Of a DNA stretch of 64,000 nt, positions 23,122 through 31,969 are shown one piece after another; the stretch's first letter is position 1; each line of letters opens with the position of its first letter. The stretch comes from Deltaproteobacteria bacterium (lineage in GTDB: Bacteria; UBA10199; JACPAL01; JAHFST01), in assembly GCA_023265625.1 (NCBI GenBank), contig JAHFST010000003.1, positions 168,482 to 232,481 on the forward strand. The letters are read 5' to 3'. The notes under the pieces were generated by a model. The model saw only the letters and a list, made by a program, of their open reading frames with translations. It had not been told where the DNA came from and made no database searches. The translations under genes and the position numbers were made by a program.

Positions 23122-25500
23122 ATGGGCGACAATGACGATTACCTCAATAGCGGTCGAACGGCTCTTTATCCAAATCTAGACCATCAAGAATTCGGGTCCA
23201 GGACTCCCTTGGATGTGGACGGGTACGAACCATGTTTGGCTGATGACACCGGTTATGAAAAGCTCCGGCACGTGGTGATAAACCAGGGAGAGCAGGCGGT
23301 CCAATTCTTGAAACCTGGCAAGGCCTTGGAGGCTGGACAGGCGGATCCGACTCATGCTCAGATGCCGGACCTGATTTATTCCACCGATGCGTTTACGCTG
23401 ACCCGGAAATATCCCAATGGTGCCACGGAATCCAAGACCCAATTGGGGACCTGTCATGTGGAAAATCGGTTGTTTGTGTATGCACGACATCCCATCTTGA
23501 GCAAGATTTGTCCCGACCCTGGAAAGATGGCCGTCTCCAATTACCAGTCAGTGGCGGGATCACAAGGCCTCGGCCCCGGGGAAGTTGTTAAGCTGGCTTC
23601 AGCCCTGGTTGGTTCTGCCGATCCCTCCCAATCGAGCTTATTTTGCGTGACTGAGCCGGATCCGAATCGGGGGATGAAGAGGGATTTTCAGTTCGAGAAG
23701 CCGAGTTTGACCAATATCAAGACCTACCTGGACTTTCTGAAGAAGCTCAGATCCGAGCAAGCCGATGTGGCGCTCATCAATGGGTTTGAAAATTTCATCA
23801 GCCCTACAAAGCTCCAATACGATCAGATGGATGAAAATACGGGTTGGCCAGGATGGTTCAAGATGTTGGTTAGTACTGTGGCAGGAGCGGTTATTGGCAC
23901 TGGTCTTTGGTTTCTCTTCATGTGGTTGAAAGAAAAGAAGAGCAATCCGTTTGATAATAAAATTTTCTTGGAGAAAACGGTGACAGACAAGGCTCAGGGT
24001 TTCAAGGGGGTGCAGTGCAAGGCCCCCGAGTCAGTGCATAAATATGTGCGTGACATGGTGGACGTCTTTCGAGTCAAACGGGGGCTACGCCGGCTTGGCC
24101 CGACAGGAACTAACAAAGGCTACAGTATTGACATGCTCATTTGCGCGATCGTGAACAACCAATTGAAAGAATTGGATTCTGAGGTGGCAAAAAAATTACC
24201 TCCCAATACACAGATTAAATCGATGTCATCCATGAATTTGAAGGGCGGTGCGGGGTCGTGGAAAGATAGAAAGGCCACGATTCAGGCGGAAGTGTTGAAT
24301 TTGGGGGCAAACGGACCACTCCTTCTCATCCTAGAGGAGGCCGATGCCTTTCTCGAAAAAAATGCCCATGGAGAAATAGACCAAGAAGCCTTGGAATTTT
24401 TCAGGAATCTCTTGACGCCTCTTGACCCCGAGACCTCGAACCCAGCCTACAAGAATATTTTTATCATCATCGATACGAGTAGGCCCCATGAGGAGGATTT
24501 CACTCAACATCTTCCGGATATCTTTCGCAGGACCTCAATCGTTGAAAGTATTCCTCCTGTGGTTGAGGATTTGGATGATTTCCTTAGGTCACGCATTGAG
24601 AGGAAGTTGGACGATGGGTTTACAACCCTAAAGGGGAAGGTTAATTTCACAGATAGCGCCATTCGTGCGCTGTCCGTATTGGGTATCGATTCTAAAGAAG
24701 GTTCGCCTCCCTCCTGCAATGGCAACATGTTGGATTTTTTTCTGGCTTATTTGGTAAAAAACGGAATTTCGGGGCAAGTAGATGAAGGAAAAGTCGTTGA
24801 CTTTATCGTCTTTCGATCTAAAAAAATAACAACCCCCGAAGTTCGCGCACTGCTTGATCAAGCCAAGCGAGATCCCCGATTTTTACAAGATCGTATTAAC
24901 CAGGCGTTTTATGCGGCTTATCAACCGGTTCAGGGGCGTGTGGACCCGCTTAGGACCGGTACCGCCGCGCCTTCGAACCTATCTGAGGTTGCCACTGCCG
25001 AGGAAAAGGTCGACCCCGAAGCCGAACAATACGCCCTCACCACTCTCCTCTATTTGGCCATCGCCGAGAGTGATCCCACTTATTCGAGGTTGGGCCATGA
25101 TGAGAAAGAGACTCGTTTTAGCAACACCGTGGGGCTCCTCCGGCACGACGGGGCCTTGAATCCTGGCCAAGAGGACTACGCGGTTCGGGTGTCGGTCCAG
25201 TTGGCCCTGAGGGATCGGGTGACAGGGTTTGATCAATTGCCACAATCCCTGAAACAATCCCTCTTTCAACGCTCCTATGATTCCTGGAGCGGCCCAAGCA
25301 ACATCCTGGTGCGCCGTCCCGGCAGTTTCAAACTCAAGGGCGGGGATGGGGTGACCTTGATGATCGAGGCCCATGTCGACAAGGTGGTTAAGGAACGAAA
25401 GATTGAGATCGAGGCCCAGGCCGGTGGGGTCCGCTATGACCTCTTGGAGCCCGCGCAGGCCAAGCAACAACGCGCACTGCGCAGAAAATTTGGTCTCTGA
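23122..25500 (+). CDS. Protein J: paralogue of F (conserved N-terminal domain) with a degenerate ClpB-like AAA+ module
   Basis: MGDNDDYLNSGRTALYPNLDHQEFG is about 80% identical to F over 145 aa; P-loop is degenerate (GPTGTNKG); LLLILEEADAFL is Walker-B-like. The true start is taken as 23122, not the listed 23092, which would overlap the promoter. Confidence 0.55.
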   Translation: MGDNDDYLNSGRTALYPNLDHQEFGSRTPLDVDGYEPCLADDTGYEKLRHVVINQGEQAVQFLKPGKALEAGQADPTHAQMPDLIYSTDAFTLTRKYPNGATESKTQLGTCHVENRLFVYARHPILSKICPDPGKMAVSNYQSVAGSQGLGPGEVVKLASALVGSADPSQSSLFCVTEPDPNRGMKRDFQFEKPSLTNIKTYLDFLKKLRSEQADVALINGFENFISPTKLQYDQMDENTGWPGWFKMLVSTVAGAVIGTGLWFLFMWLKEKKSNPFDNKIFLEKTVTDKAQGFKGVQCKAPESVHKYVRDMVDVFRVKRGLRRLGPTGTNKGYSIDMLICAIVNNQLKELDSEVAKKLPPNTQIKSMSSMNLKGGAGSWKDRKATIQAEVLNLGANGPLLLILEEADAFLEKNAHGEIDQEALEFFRNLLTPLDPETSNPAYKNIFIIIDTSRPHEEDFTQHLPDIFRRTSIVESIPPVVEDLDDFLRSRIERKLDDGFTTLKGKVNFTDSAIRALSVLGIDSKEGSPPSCNGNMLDFFLAYLVKNGISGQVDEGKVVDFIVFRSKKITTPEVRALLDQAKRDPRFLQDRINQAFYAAYQPVQGRVDPLRTGTAAPSNLSEVATAEEKVDPEAEQYALTTLLYLAIAESDPTYSRLGHDEKETRFSNTVGLLRHDGALNPGQEDYAVRVSVQLALRDRVTGFDQLPQSLKQSLFQRSYDSWSGPSNILVRRPGSFKLKGGDGVTLMIEAHVDKVVKERKIEIEAQAGGVRYDLLEPAQAKQQRALRRKFGL

Positions 25501-25507
25501 TGGAGGA

Positions 25508-26677
25508 ATGATGGGAATTGGAAACACAGCGATATCTATCATTGGGAATCTAGGATTTACCAAGGGGCCTAATTACACCGAGCTTCTGGAGAAGAAAGGC
25601 ATTTCACTTGCCTTACAAAGCTATGTGAAAACTCAGGGAGTGAAGCCGGAACAATTTGCCCAATTCATTGTATGGGCTGGGGAGCGAGACAAGACACCGG
25701 AACTCCTGGACCAGTTTCTCAAGGGGCAGAACAAGGGACAAGAGATCCAGGCGGGTGTTTATCGGACATTGCATCTTGGGACCGATGGTTTTTTGCAGGA
25801 TGGTGATTATTCAGGTCATGCCGTCGCGCAGTGTGAGGCCCCGCAGTTCAAGGAATTGTCGGGGATATGGAACCCCGATCAGGTTGCCGAACTTTGCCGC
25901 TACTTGGGTGTGACGGAACCTGCAAATTGTTTCTTAAGTCTCAATGCGGCGCAAGCAGGAAAGGTTTGTTTTGAGGCCAATCAACCGGGCAGAAATCGCG
26001 AGGTGCTGGAGCGGGTGGATGGTTTTATGTGGTCTCACGGCGATTGCCCCTTCGATTGGAGTCACTGTGATGCGATCCAAGATGCGGAACAAGAGGCCTT
26101 GGGGGTCAAAGATTTTTTGCAGAGAATTTGGGAGGATCTTCCTGGAACTCTGCTGACTGTGGTTGGCTTTGGTTTGTTGGGGTGGTGGTTTAAGGATCGA
26201 TTGCCTCCTTCTGGGAGAGGGGGCGGAGGGGAGGGTGGCGGCAATAAAGAGGGGCCACCCAAGGGCCCAAGTCCTGAGCCAATTTTCATTCCGCACCTAC
26301 TGCCTGCCCCGAAACCCATCACGAACCCAAGTCGATTGTTACCCGAACATTCTGGTGGTTCTTCGGCGGATGTTGATACGAAGGCGCTGTTCGAGACGGG
26401 TATTATCGTTGCCACGATGGCAACCGCTTACAAGGTTTATCAGGCGGCGGCGGGGGGTGCCACGATTCGTGTCGCGAGTGGATTGCCTGGAATGGCCAAG
26501 GTTGCCGGACTCGTGATGGTGGCGGGCTTGTCACTGTTTGGCGGCTCACGGGAGGCGGCTGCGGCCGAATTGCCGCAGGAGCCAGGATACCTGCTTGGGA
26601 ACCACCCCGAAGGGGTCAAGGTACCAGTGATTAGACCTATGAGTCATAATCCCTTTTCTGATGTCCTGGGAAAATGA
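25508..26677 (+). CDS. Protein K: paralogue of G by C-terminus (...MAKVAGLVMVAGLSLFGG...HNPFSDVLGK), different N-terminal domain
   Basis: C-terminal module conserved with G at protein and DNA level (about 75% nt identity); start placed 8 nt after the J stop. Confidence 0.5.
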   Translation: MMGIGNTAISIIGNLGFTKGPNYTELLEKKGISLALQSYVKTQGVKPEQFAQFIVWAGERDKTPELLDQFLKGQNKGQEIQAGVYRTLHLGTDGFLQDGDYSGHAVAQCEAPQFKELSGIWNPDQVAELCRYLGVTEPANCFLSLNAAQAGKVCFEANQPGRNREVLERVDGFMWSHGDCPFDWSHCDAIQDAEQEALGVKDFLQRIWEDLPGTLLTVVGFGLLGWWFKDRLPPSGRGGGGEGGGNKEGPPKGPSPEPIFIPHLLPAPKPITNPSRLLPEHSGGSSADVDTKALFETGIIVATMATAYKVYQAAAGGATIRVASGLPGMAKVAGLVMVAGLSLFGGSREAAAAELPQEPGYLLGNHPEGVKVPVIRPMSHNPFSDVLGK

Positions 26678-26752
26678 TGAGGTATCTCACTCTTGGTCGG
26701 TCTATTCGAGGGCTCTGGAGGTTTGATCCCGGCGTTTGGACTAGAGGACAAC

Positions 26753-27907
26753 TTAGCCTCCGGTAATTTTGGTCCAATGTTTGTGTTGCAGTGGGTCTGA
26801 CAACGCGGGGCGTTCACTCGGAGTGACGGCCAACAGGGTGACTTTTTTATCGGAAAGGTCTTGAAAACGGAGCAGATTGCGCACGTGGTCCAAGGTCACG
26901 GTATGGGTTAGTTTGATTTCGATGGCCTGGAGGTGTTCCCCCTGGTCGACCAGCAGATCCACTTCCAGGCCGTCATGGGATCGCCAAAAGTAGAGCGGTG
27001 CTTGGCGAGCCTGGTTGAGGTGGGCCTTGCGAAATTCCTGAATGATGAAATTCTCAAAGAGAGGTCCGGCCATCGGTCCCGAGATGAGGGTTTCCGGTGA
27101 TCTGATCTTTAAAAGGTGGCAGGCCAGGCCGGTGTCCACAAAATAGATCTTGGGCGAGCGGACGACCCGTTTGCCAAAATTTTGAAAGTAGGGTGGCAGT
27201 AGATAAATGACAAAGGCGGCTTCCAGTGCGGAAATCCACTCCTTGATCGTGGGCGATTTTACCCCCACTTCTGCGGCCAGTTTATGCATGTTGAGTTCCT
27301 GCCCGATACGGGCCGCCAACAGCTGCAGGAGGGCCTCAAAGCTGCGCAGATCCCGGATGGCGATTTGCGAGCGGAGGTCTCGCTCCAGGTAGGTGTTGAT
27401 GTAGGAGGAAAACCAGAGATCCAGGTTCAAATCGGGCGTGGTTTGCAGCTGTGGGTACATGCCGCGCAACAAGAGGTTGGCGAGATCCGGTTGTGTGTGC
27501 GGGGCGATTTCCGGCCAAGAGAAGGGGAGCAACTGAAAGATGGCGACCCGGCCCGAGAGGCTTTCCGTGACCCCCTGCATCAGATGAAACTGATGGGAAC
27601 CGGTGAGCACGACCTGGCCGGGGGTCTTATTACGGTCGACGAATTCCTTGACGTAAGGCAGCAGCCCCGGGGCTTCTTGGATTTCGTCGATGAGCAACCC
27701 GGGAGCCGAGTCGACAAAAAAAGCACGCGGATCCCGCTCCGCCCGCTGTCGCACATCCAGGGCATCCAGCGTGACATAGCGGTGGTGAGGGAAGGTGTGG
27801 CGGAGTAACTCCGTCTTACCAGTCTGCCTGGGACCAGTCGCCAACAGGACGGGGAAGTGCCGGCTGGCCTCTTTGATAGGATCTGACAGATTTCTTTTCC
27901 AATACAT
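26753..27907 (-). CDS. AAA+ ATPase of the AAA_14/DUF4143 family (second copy)
   Basis: Walker A LATGPRQTGKTEL, Walker B LLIDEIQ, DUF4143-like C-terminal region; 384 aa. Confidence 0.8.
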   Translation of the reverse strand: MYWKRNLSDPIKEASRHFPVLLATGPRQTGKTELLRHTFPHHRYVTLDALDVRQRAERDPRAFFVDSAPGLLIDEIQEAPGLLPYVKEFVDRNKTPGQVVLTGSHQFHLMQGVTESLSGRVAIFQLLPFSWPEIAPHTQPDLANLLLRGMYPQLQTTPDLNLDLWFSSYINTYLERDLRSQIAIRDLRSFEALLQLLAARIGQELNMHKLAAEVGVKSPTIKEWISALEAAFVIYLLPPYFQNFGKRVVRSPKIYFVDTGLACHLLKIRSPETLISGPMAGPLFENFIIQEFRKAHLNQARQAPLYFWRSHDGLEVDLLVDQGEHLQAIEIKLTHTVTLDHVRNLLRFQDLSDKKVTLLAVTPSERPALSDPLQHKHWTKITGG

Positions 27908-27908
27908 C

Positions 27909-27941
27909 TGACAATATTAAAATTTAACTTTAAAATTGTCA
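27909..27941. promoter_or_regulatory. Palindrome TGACAATATTAAAATTTAACTTTAAAATTGTCA directly upstream of the DUF4143 ATPase start; near copy of the 19697 operator
   Basis: 27 of 33 positions are identical to the core of the 19697-19737 palindrome. Confidence 0.5.
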
Positions 27942-28001
27942 AATATATAATTTTATTATGTTTTAATGAAAATATCAGGATTTTAAATAAAATCCAGAAC
28001 A

Positions 28002-28032
28002 CGCAACTCTACCCCCCGGGCGTGACGATAAT
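28002..28032 (+). promoter_or_regulatory. Sigma-28-like promoter, site G: CGCAACT-N16-ACGATAAT
   Basis: Motif family; 20 nt upstream of the 28053 ATG. Confidence 0.4.
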
Positions 28033-28052
28033 CCACTCAAGAGGAGATGTGT

Positions 28053-29462
28053 ATGGGTGATGGTGTTGATAAATGTAAGGTGACCATAGCTTTTCAGGGA
28101 GATATCGGTCTCAAAGCAGACGACATTGCAAGGCTCAACAATGATTCTTCAGGAGGGGTTCATTTTGGTTTAGAGAAAGATGGCAAGTTTCTAACCGTTG
28201 AAGGTATTGAATGCGACAATAATGCTGATTTGTCCCAAGAAGAATACAACAATGTCGTGAATGCGTTGCCTCCGGACATGAGGAAAAAGACGATTGTCTA
28301 CTTACAGGGGGGCAGAAAGGGCCAGTCTGATTTTGAGTTCAATGGGCAAAATAGAGGTCAGAAAAATGCTTTGAAGGAGTTTCGTGAGAAATTCAGTTCA
28401 GGAGATAGCGCAGCTGGAGTGACAGGAACGGCAAAACGATTCCTGGATAAGAGCGGGCTAAAATTAGGTGAGAAAATTGATACCCCCAAAAAGGCATGGA
28501 CCCATGCCTTCTACGATTCGACGAATGATACGTTAAATCAAATGACCGATCAGTTGTTCGGGGCGGCGCAGGTCTTGTCTGGAGATCCCAAATATACGGC
28601 GTTTGCAGGGATGGATAAAGATATTAAAGTGACCAAGTCGGGACAAGAGACCCTGTTTGATTACAAAGGGATCGTGGCCGGTTTTACGAAGATCAAGGAT
28701 TGTGCCATCGATATGCCGGATATTTCCCCGGAAAAGTTGCAGGAGATCACCAAGTTTTTTGAGGCCGCCAAGCGGACTGATAAGAGCGGCAACCCAACCT
28801 TGCTCAACAACTGGCTCGACCTGGCCAAGGATATTACCGATGCGAACGATCCGATGGTGAATCAGAAGGATCCGACCGGTAAGGGGAAGGTTGTTCGAGG
28901 GGATCTGGATCGTACCAAGTTTTCCAGCAATGAAATCCGCTGGTTGGCCAAACGGTGGTATGGCGACAAATACACGGGTTCTGCCGAGCAGATCCGCCAG
29001 ACGGCCAGGAGTGTCATGCTCTTTTTTGGCATTGTGGATTTTCATGCCAAGATGAAGGCAAGTGCAGGGGTTGTGAGTCTGAAATATAAGGATCCTAAAT
29101 TTCAGGATGCTAAATATGGGTTTAATTTTCACGTTGAGAAGAAGGATGGGAAGATTCTTGTGACAGATATTAGACCTGATAAAGATGATAAAAAGGACGC
29201 AGATTTGATGGCGAGCAATGAAATCGCGCTTAACCATCGGAAAATTTTACAGCATCTCATTGACGAGGATTCATTAATTATTGAAGCGGATGCAGCAGAT
29301 CGCGGCCTATTGTTCGAGGCCTTGGGACTGGATGGGGATGGAAAGATTAAGAAAGCACAACCTAAAAAGGCGACACAAAATGACGAGGAAACGGATACTG
29401 ACAATCCGTTTCAGGCTTGGTGGGCTAAATTTAACGATGCCTCAAGCGCCGCAGTCGAATGA
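28053..29462 (+). CDS. Hypothetical protein M (Lys/Asp-rich, about 469 aa)
   Basis: The start is probably MGDGVDK at 28053 (RBS GAGGAG 6 nt upstream), not the listed 28047; lower GC than surroundings. Confidence 0.5.
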   Translation: MGDGVDKCKVTIAFQGDIGLKADDIARLNNDSSGGVHFGLEKDGKFLTVEGIECDNNADLSQEEYNNVVNALPPDMRKKTIVYLQGGRKGQSDFEFNGQNRGQKNALKEFREKFSSGDSAAGVTGTAKRFLDKSGLKLGEKIDTPKKAWTHAFYDSTNDTLNQMTDQLFGAAQVLSGDPKYTAFAGMDKDIKVTKSGQETLFDYKGIVAGFTKIKDCAIDMPDISPEKLQEITKFFEAAKRTDKSGNPTLLNNWLDLAKDITDANDPMVNQKDPTGKGKVVRGDLDRTKFSSNEIRWLAKRWYGDKYTGSAEQIRQTARSVMLFFGIVDFHAKMKASAGVVSLKYKDPKFQDAKYGFNFHVEKKDGKILVTDIRPDKDDKKDADLMASNEIALNHRKILQHLIDEDSLIIEADAADRGLLFEALGLDGDGKIKKAQPKKATQNDEETDTDNPFQAWWAKFNDASSAAVE

Positions 29463-29476
29463 GAGGGTAAGTAAAA

Positions 29477-30565
29477 ATGGACTTTTACGGATTTGAAAAT
29501 CGCGAGACCTTTGTGGATGAGGCGTTTGCTACTAATATTCCTCCAGGTGACAGAAGTAATAATGGGAGGAGTCTACCCAAAGTTGGCGGCAAAGGGGGCG
29601 GTGGCGCCAAGGGTGCCGATGACCTTCCAGTCCCACACCGGGTCGATCTCGACAGCAACCGAAAAATTGATAAAGACGACGCCCCAGCACAGGTAGGCGC
29701 CGATATTGGCAAGGTTTACGAGGGACGGTTGTTCATCGATAAGATCGATCCCACCTTGCACAAGCGTGGTATCACTTCTCCCAACGGCCTTTGGTCCGGG
29801 ACTCCTCCCACCAAGGGGAAGGATGGGAAGGCGGTTCCCATTTGGGAATATCGGGGGCAATATGTGGAAGCGGATGGCAAGGCTGGGATCACTTGCAAGG
29901 CGGAACTGGAGTCTTTCAAAGAAAACATTCGAGGGACCGAGGCGGGGGTGGAGCTCGATAAGTTGCATGCCAGCACGGCCGACAACCCCGATTGGCGCGT
30001 GGTTTGGAATAGTGGGGATGTCGAGAAGCCAGAAAACATCGCCTGGGGAGAAGTGCTCCCAGATCCCGCCAAAGATACCGCCGACGGCGCCGGCAACACC
30101 TTCGGCCTGAGCGATTTCAAGACCCTCCTCGCCAAACTTCGCGGCAAGATCGCCGAGGCCGCCAAGGAGATTGAGAATCTTATTCAGCAGGTCCTGGCAG
30201 GCAATCCGGATGCGGTGAAGCAGTTGATTCGCCAGCTGGCCTTTGTCGGGTCGCTCTCCAAAAACGTGGCGGCGGCCTTGGTGGGGCAGATCAATATCCA
30301 GCTTCAGAAAGAAGAAGAAAAAATCAGCAAGGAAACTCAGACTATCACAGGTCAGACACCGGGTAACAAGGATGTGGCCGGTTACAACGCCAAGAATGCC
30401 AAATTGGAAGAGTTGCGCAGTTGCCGGGCGGCCCTCCAGTCGCTGAGGGAAACCGTCGCCAACTATCTACGCGACATCGCCTCGGGCGAGCAATACATCG
30501 ACAACCTGGGCAGCATCGTGACCGAGATGAACCGGCACGAGGTTGAGCAGTCGCGGTATTCCTAA
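29477..30565 (+). CDS. MEFWGFE-family protein N (starts MDFYGFENRETFVDEAFATN)
   Basis: N-terminal 20 aa are homologous to protein A (7776); coiled-coil-rich C-terminal half. Confidence 0.55.
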   Translation: MDFYGFENRETFVDEAFATNIPPGDRSNNGRSLPKVGGKGGGGAKGADDLPVPHRVDLDSNRKIDKDDAPAQVGADIGKVYEGRLFIDKIDPTLHKRGITSPNGLWSGTPPTKGKDGKAVPIWEYRGQYVEADGKAGITCKAELESFKENIRGTEAGVELDKLHASTADNPDWRVVWNSGDVEKPENIAWGEVLPDPAKDTADGAGNTFGLSDFKTLLAKLRGKIAEAAKEIENLIQQVLAGNPDAVKQLIRQLAFVGSLSKNVAAALVGQINIQLQKEEEKISKETQTITGQTPGNKDVAGYNAKNAKLEELRSCRAALQSLRETVANYLRDIASGEQYIDNLGSIVTEMNRHEVEQSRYS

Positions 30566-30616
30566 AATATCAGAATGATTGACACCTGCATGATTCTATT
30601 GTGAATTTAACCCCTC

Positions 30617-30925
30617 ATGGAAATCGAAGCAATCCGTCAAAAGTGGAAAATTGGCCAGTGGGAAATATCGGCACACGCTCGAAAACGTATGGGGCAGCGT
30701 CAAATTACAGTGGATGAGCTGGGACAAGTCATTATGGAGGGTGAGATTATTGAAAATTATCCAGACGATAAACCCTATCCTTCCTGTTTGATATTGGGTA
30801 AAATGAGCAATAGCTTTCCATTGTATGTGGTTTGTGCCTTGGGGGATGGTGTCCATGTCATCACGGCACACTGGTTAGATCCGGAAAAATGGTTGGATCC
30901 GAAGACGAGGAGGGAAAAGACATGA
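30617..30925 (+). CDS. DUF4258-like toxin-type protein
   Basis: ...EISAHARKRMGQRQITVDEL... is typical of DUF4258; ATGA overlap with the downstream zinc-finger gene. Confidence 0.55.
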   Translation: MEIEAIRQKWKIGQWEISAHARKRMGQRQITVDELGQVIMEGEIIENYPDDKPYPSCLILGKMSNSFPLYVVCALGDGVHVITAHWLDPEKWLDPKTRREKT

Positions 30926-31179
30926 CGAGCAAAAAATCTTGCAAATGCGCTTGTTGTGGAGGGAGATTGATAGAGAAATTGGTGCGGCATGATCAGCATT
31001 GGGGGGAACAGATTGTGGTTTTTGAGGATGTGCCGGCACGCGTTTGTCTCTCCTGCGGCGAAACATGGTTAAGCGCGAAGGTTGTGCAAAAGATGGATAA
31101 GATTCTTTCTCAGCAGCGGAAGCCGACGAAGAAGATGACGGTCCCTGTCTGGTCTTTTTCAGCCGTACGGGCGGCATGA
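30922..31179 (+). CDS. YgiT/MqsA-type zinc-finger protein (antitoxin-like partner)
   Basis: CKCACCGG...RVCLSCGETW gives two CxxC pairs typical of zf-YgiT; the listed ORF 30832 is longer, but the start ATG at 30922 overlaps the upstream stop. Confidence 0.55.
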   Translation: MTSKKSCKCACCGGRLIEKLVRHDQHWGEQIVVFEDVPARVCLSCGETWLSAKVVQKMDKILSQQRKPTKKMTVPVWSFSAVRAA

Positions 31180-31326
31180 ACTCCATGCGCTAACGCATTT
31201 TTTTTTGGCCGGAAAGCAACTCGTCATCCCTCATGGGTCGATGATGAGTCCAAGGGATGGAAAAACGTCGCCTGGGGACAAAAAAATTGACCCGGCCGAC
31301 TGTTCCGTTTATCCTCCGGAGGCTTT

Positions 31327-31776
31327 ATGGACAAAAAAGAAAAAATCGAGAACAGTACTCAGGCTGAAGCCGATCACTACAATGGGATCTTGCTTGAGGA
31401 TATGCGGTCGCAGATACAGTTGGTCATAGAAAAGGTCATGGGTTCTGAGGAGTCGTTAAGAGGCGAGATGCAGTTGATGCGGACCGATTTTGAGGGACGA
31501 TTCCAAGGGCTTGAAGCCTTGATCAAGATGAATTCTGACGATATCAAGACAAATTCTGAGGAAATTCATGGACATAGCAAGATACTCGCATCACATAGTA
31601 AGATACTCGAATCGCATAGCAAGATACTTGCATCACATAGCACGGTACTCGAATCACATACTAAAACCCTTGACGAGCATAGCCGGAGCCTAGATCGCAT
31701 TGAGACCAAGTTGGACCGTCTGGTGGACAAGGTCGAAAAGCATGACCAGGCCCTCCATCAGATGGGTGCCCTGTAG
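31327..31776 (+). CDS. Small coiled-coil protein with tandem heptad repeats (HSKILAS/HSKILES x5)
   Basis: 149 aa; encoded by 21-bp tandem repeats at 31573-31677. Confidence 0.45.
   Translation: MDKKEKIENSTQAEADHYNGILLEDMRSQIQLVIEKVMGSEESLRGEMQLMRTDFEGRFQGLEALIKMNSDDIKTNSEEIHGHSKILASHSKILESHSKILASHSTVLESHTKTLDEHSRSLDRIETKLDRLVDKVEKHDQALHQMGAL
31573..31677 (+). repeat. Five tandem 21-bp repeats (CATAGCAAGATACTCGCATCA-like)
   Basis: Direct inspection: catagcaagatactcgcatca / catagtaagatactcgaatcg / catagcaagatacttgcatca / catagcacggtactcgaatca / catactaaaacccttgacgag. Confidence 0.8.
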
Positions 31777-31796
31777 GGGCGACCCGGTGGGTCGCC
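31774..31796. repeat. Partial REP family 1 unit GTAGGGGCGACCCGGTGGGTCGCC; its TAG is the stop codon of 31327..31776
   Basis: Left arm GTAGGGGC plus the inner palindrome GCGACCC-GGTGGGTCGC; right arm incomplete. Confidence 0.5.
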
Positions 31797-31899
31797 TGCT
31801 TTTAGCCCCTTCTTTAAGTTCGGCATTTTTAATTATAACTACTTATAATTATTAAGTTTTTTAATAAAACACATCCCCCTCAAATATTTCTTAAAATTA

Positions 31900-31930
31900 G
31901 ACAACTCGCGCCCCCCTCCCCCCCGATAAT
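31900..31930 (+). promoter_or_regulatory. Sigma-28-like promoter, site H: GACAACT-N16-CCGATAAT (weaker -35)
   Basis: Motif family; 39 nt upstream of the 31970 ATG. Confidence 0.4.
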
Positions 31931-31969
31931 TGGTCTGTAAGGGAGAAAACTATGTCATTCGGAGGCACT

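Noticed and set aside
28533-29237. 234-aa minus-strand ORF within gene M
   Set aside because: Antisense to the ORF that is served by promoter site G and an RBS. It has no start context.
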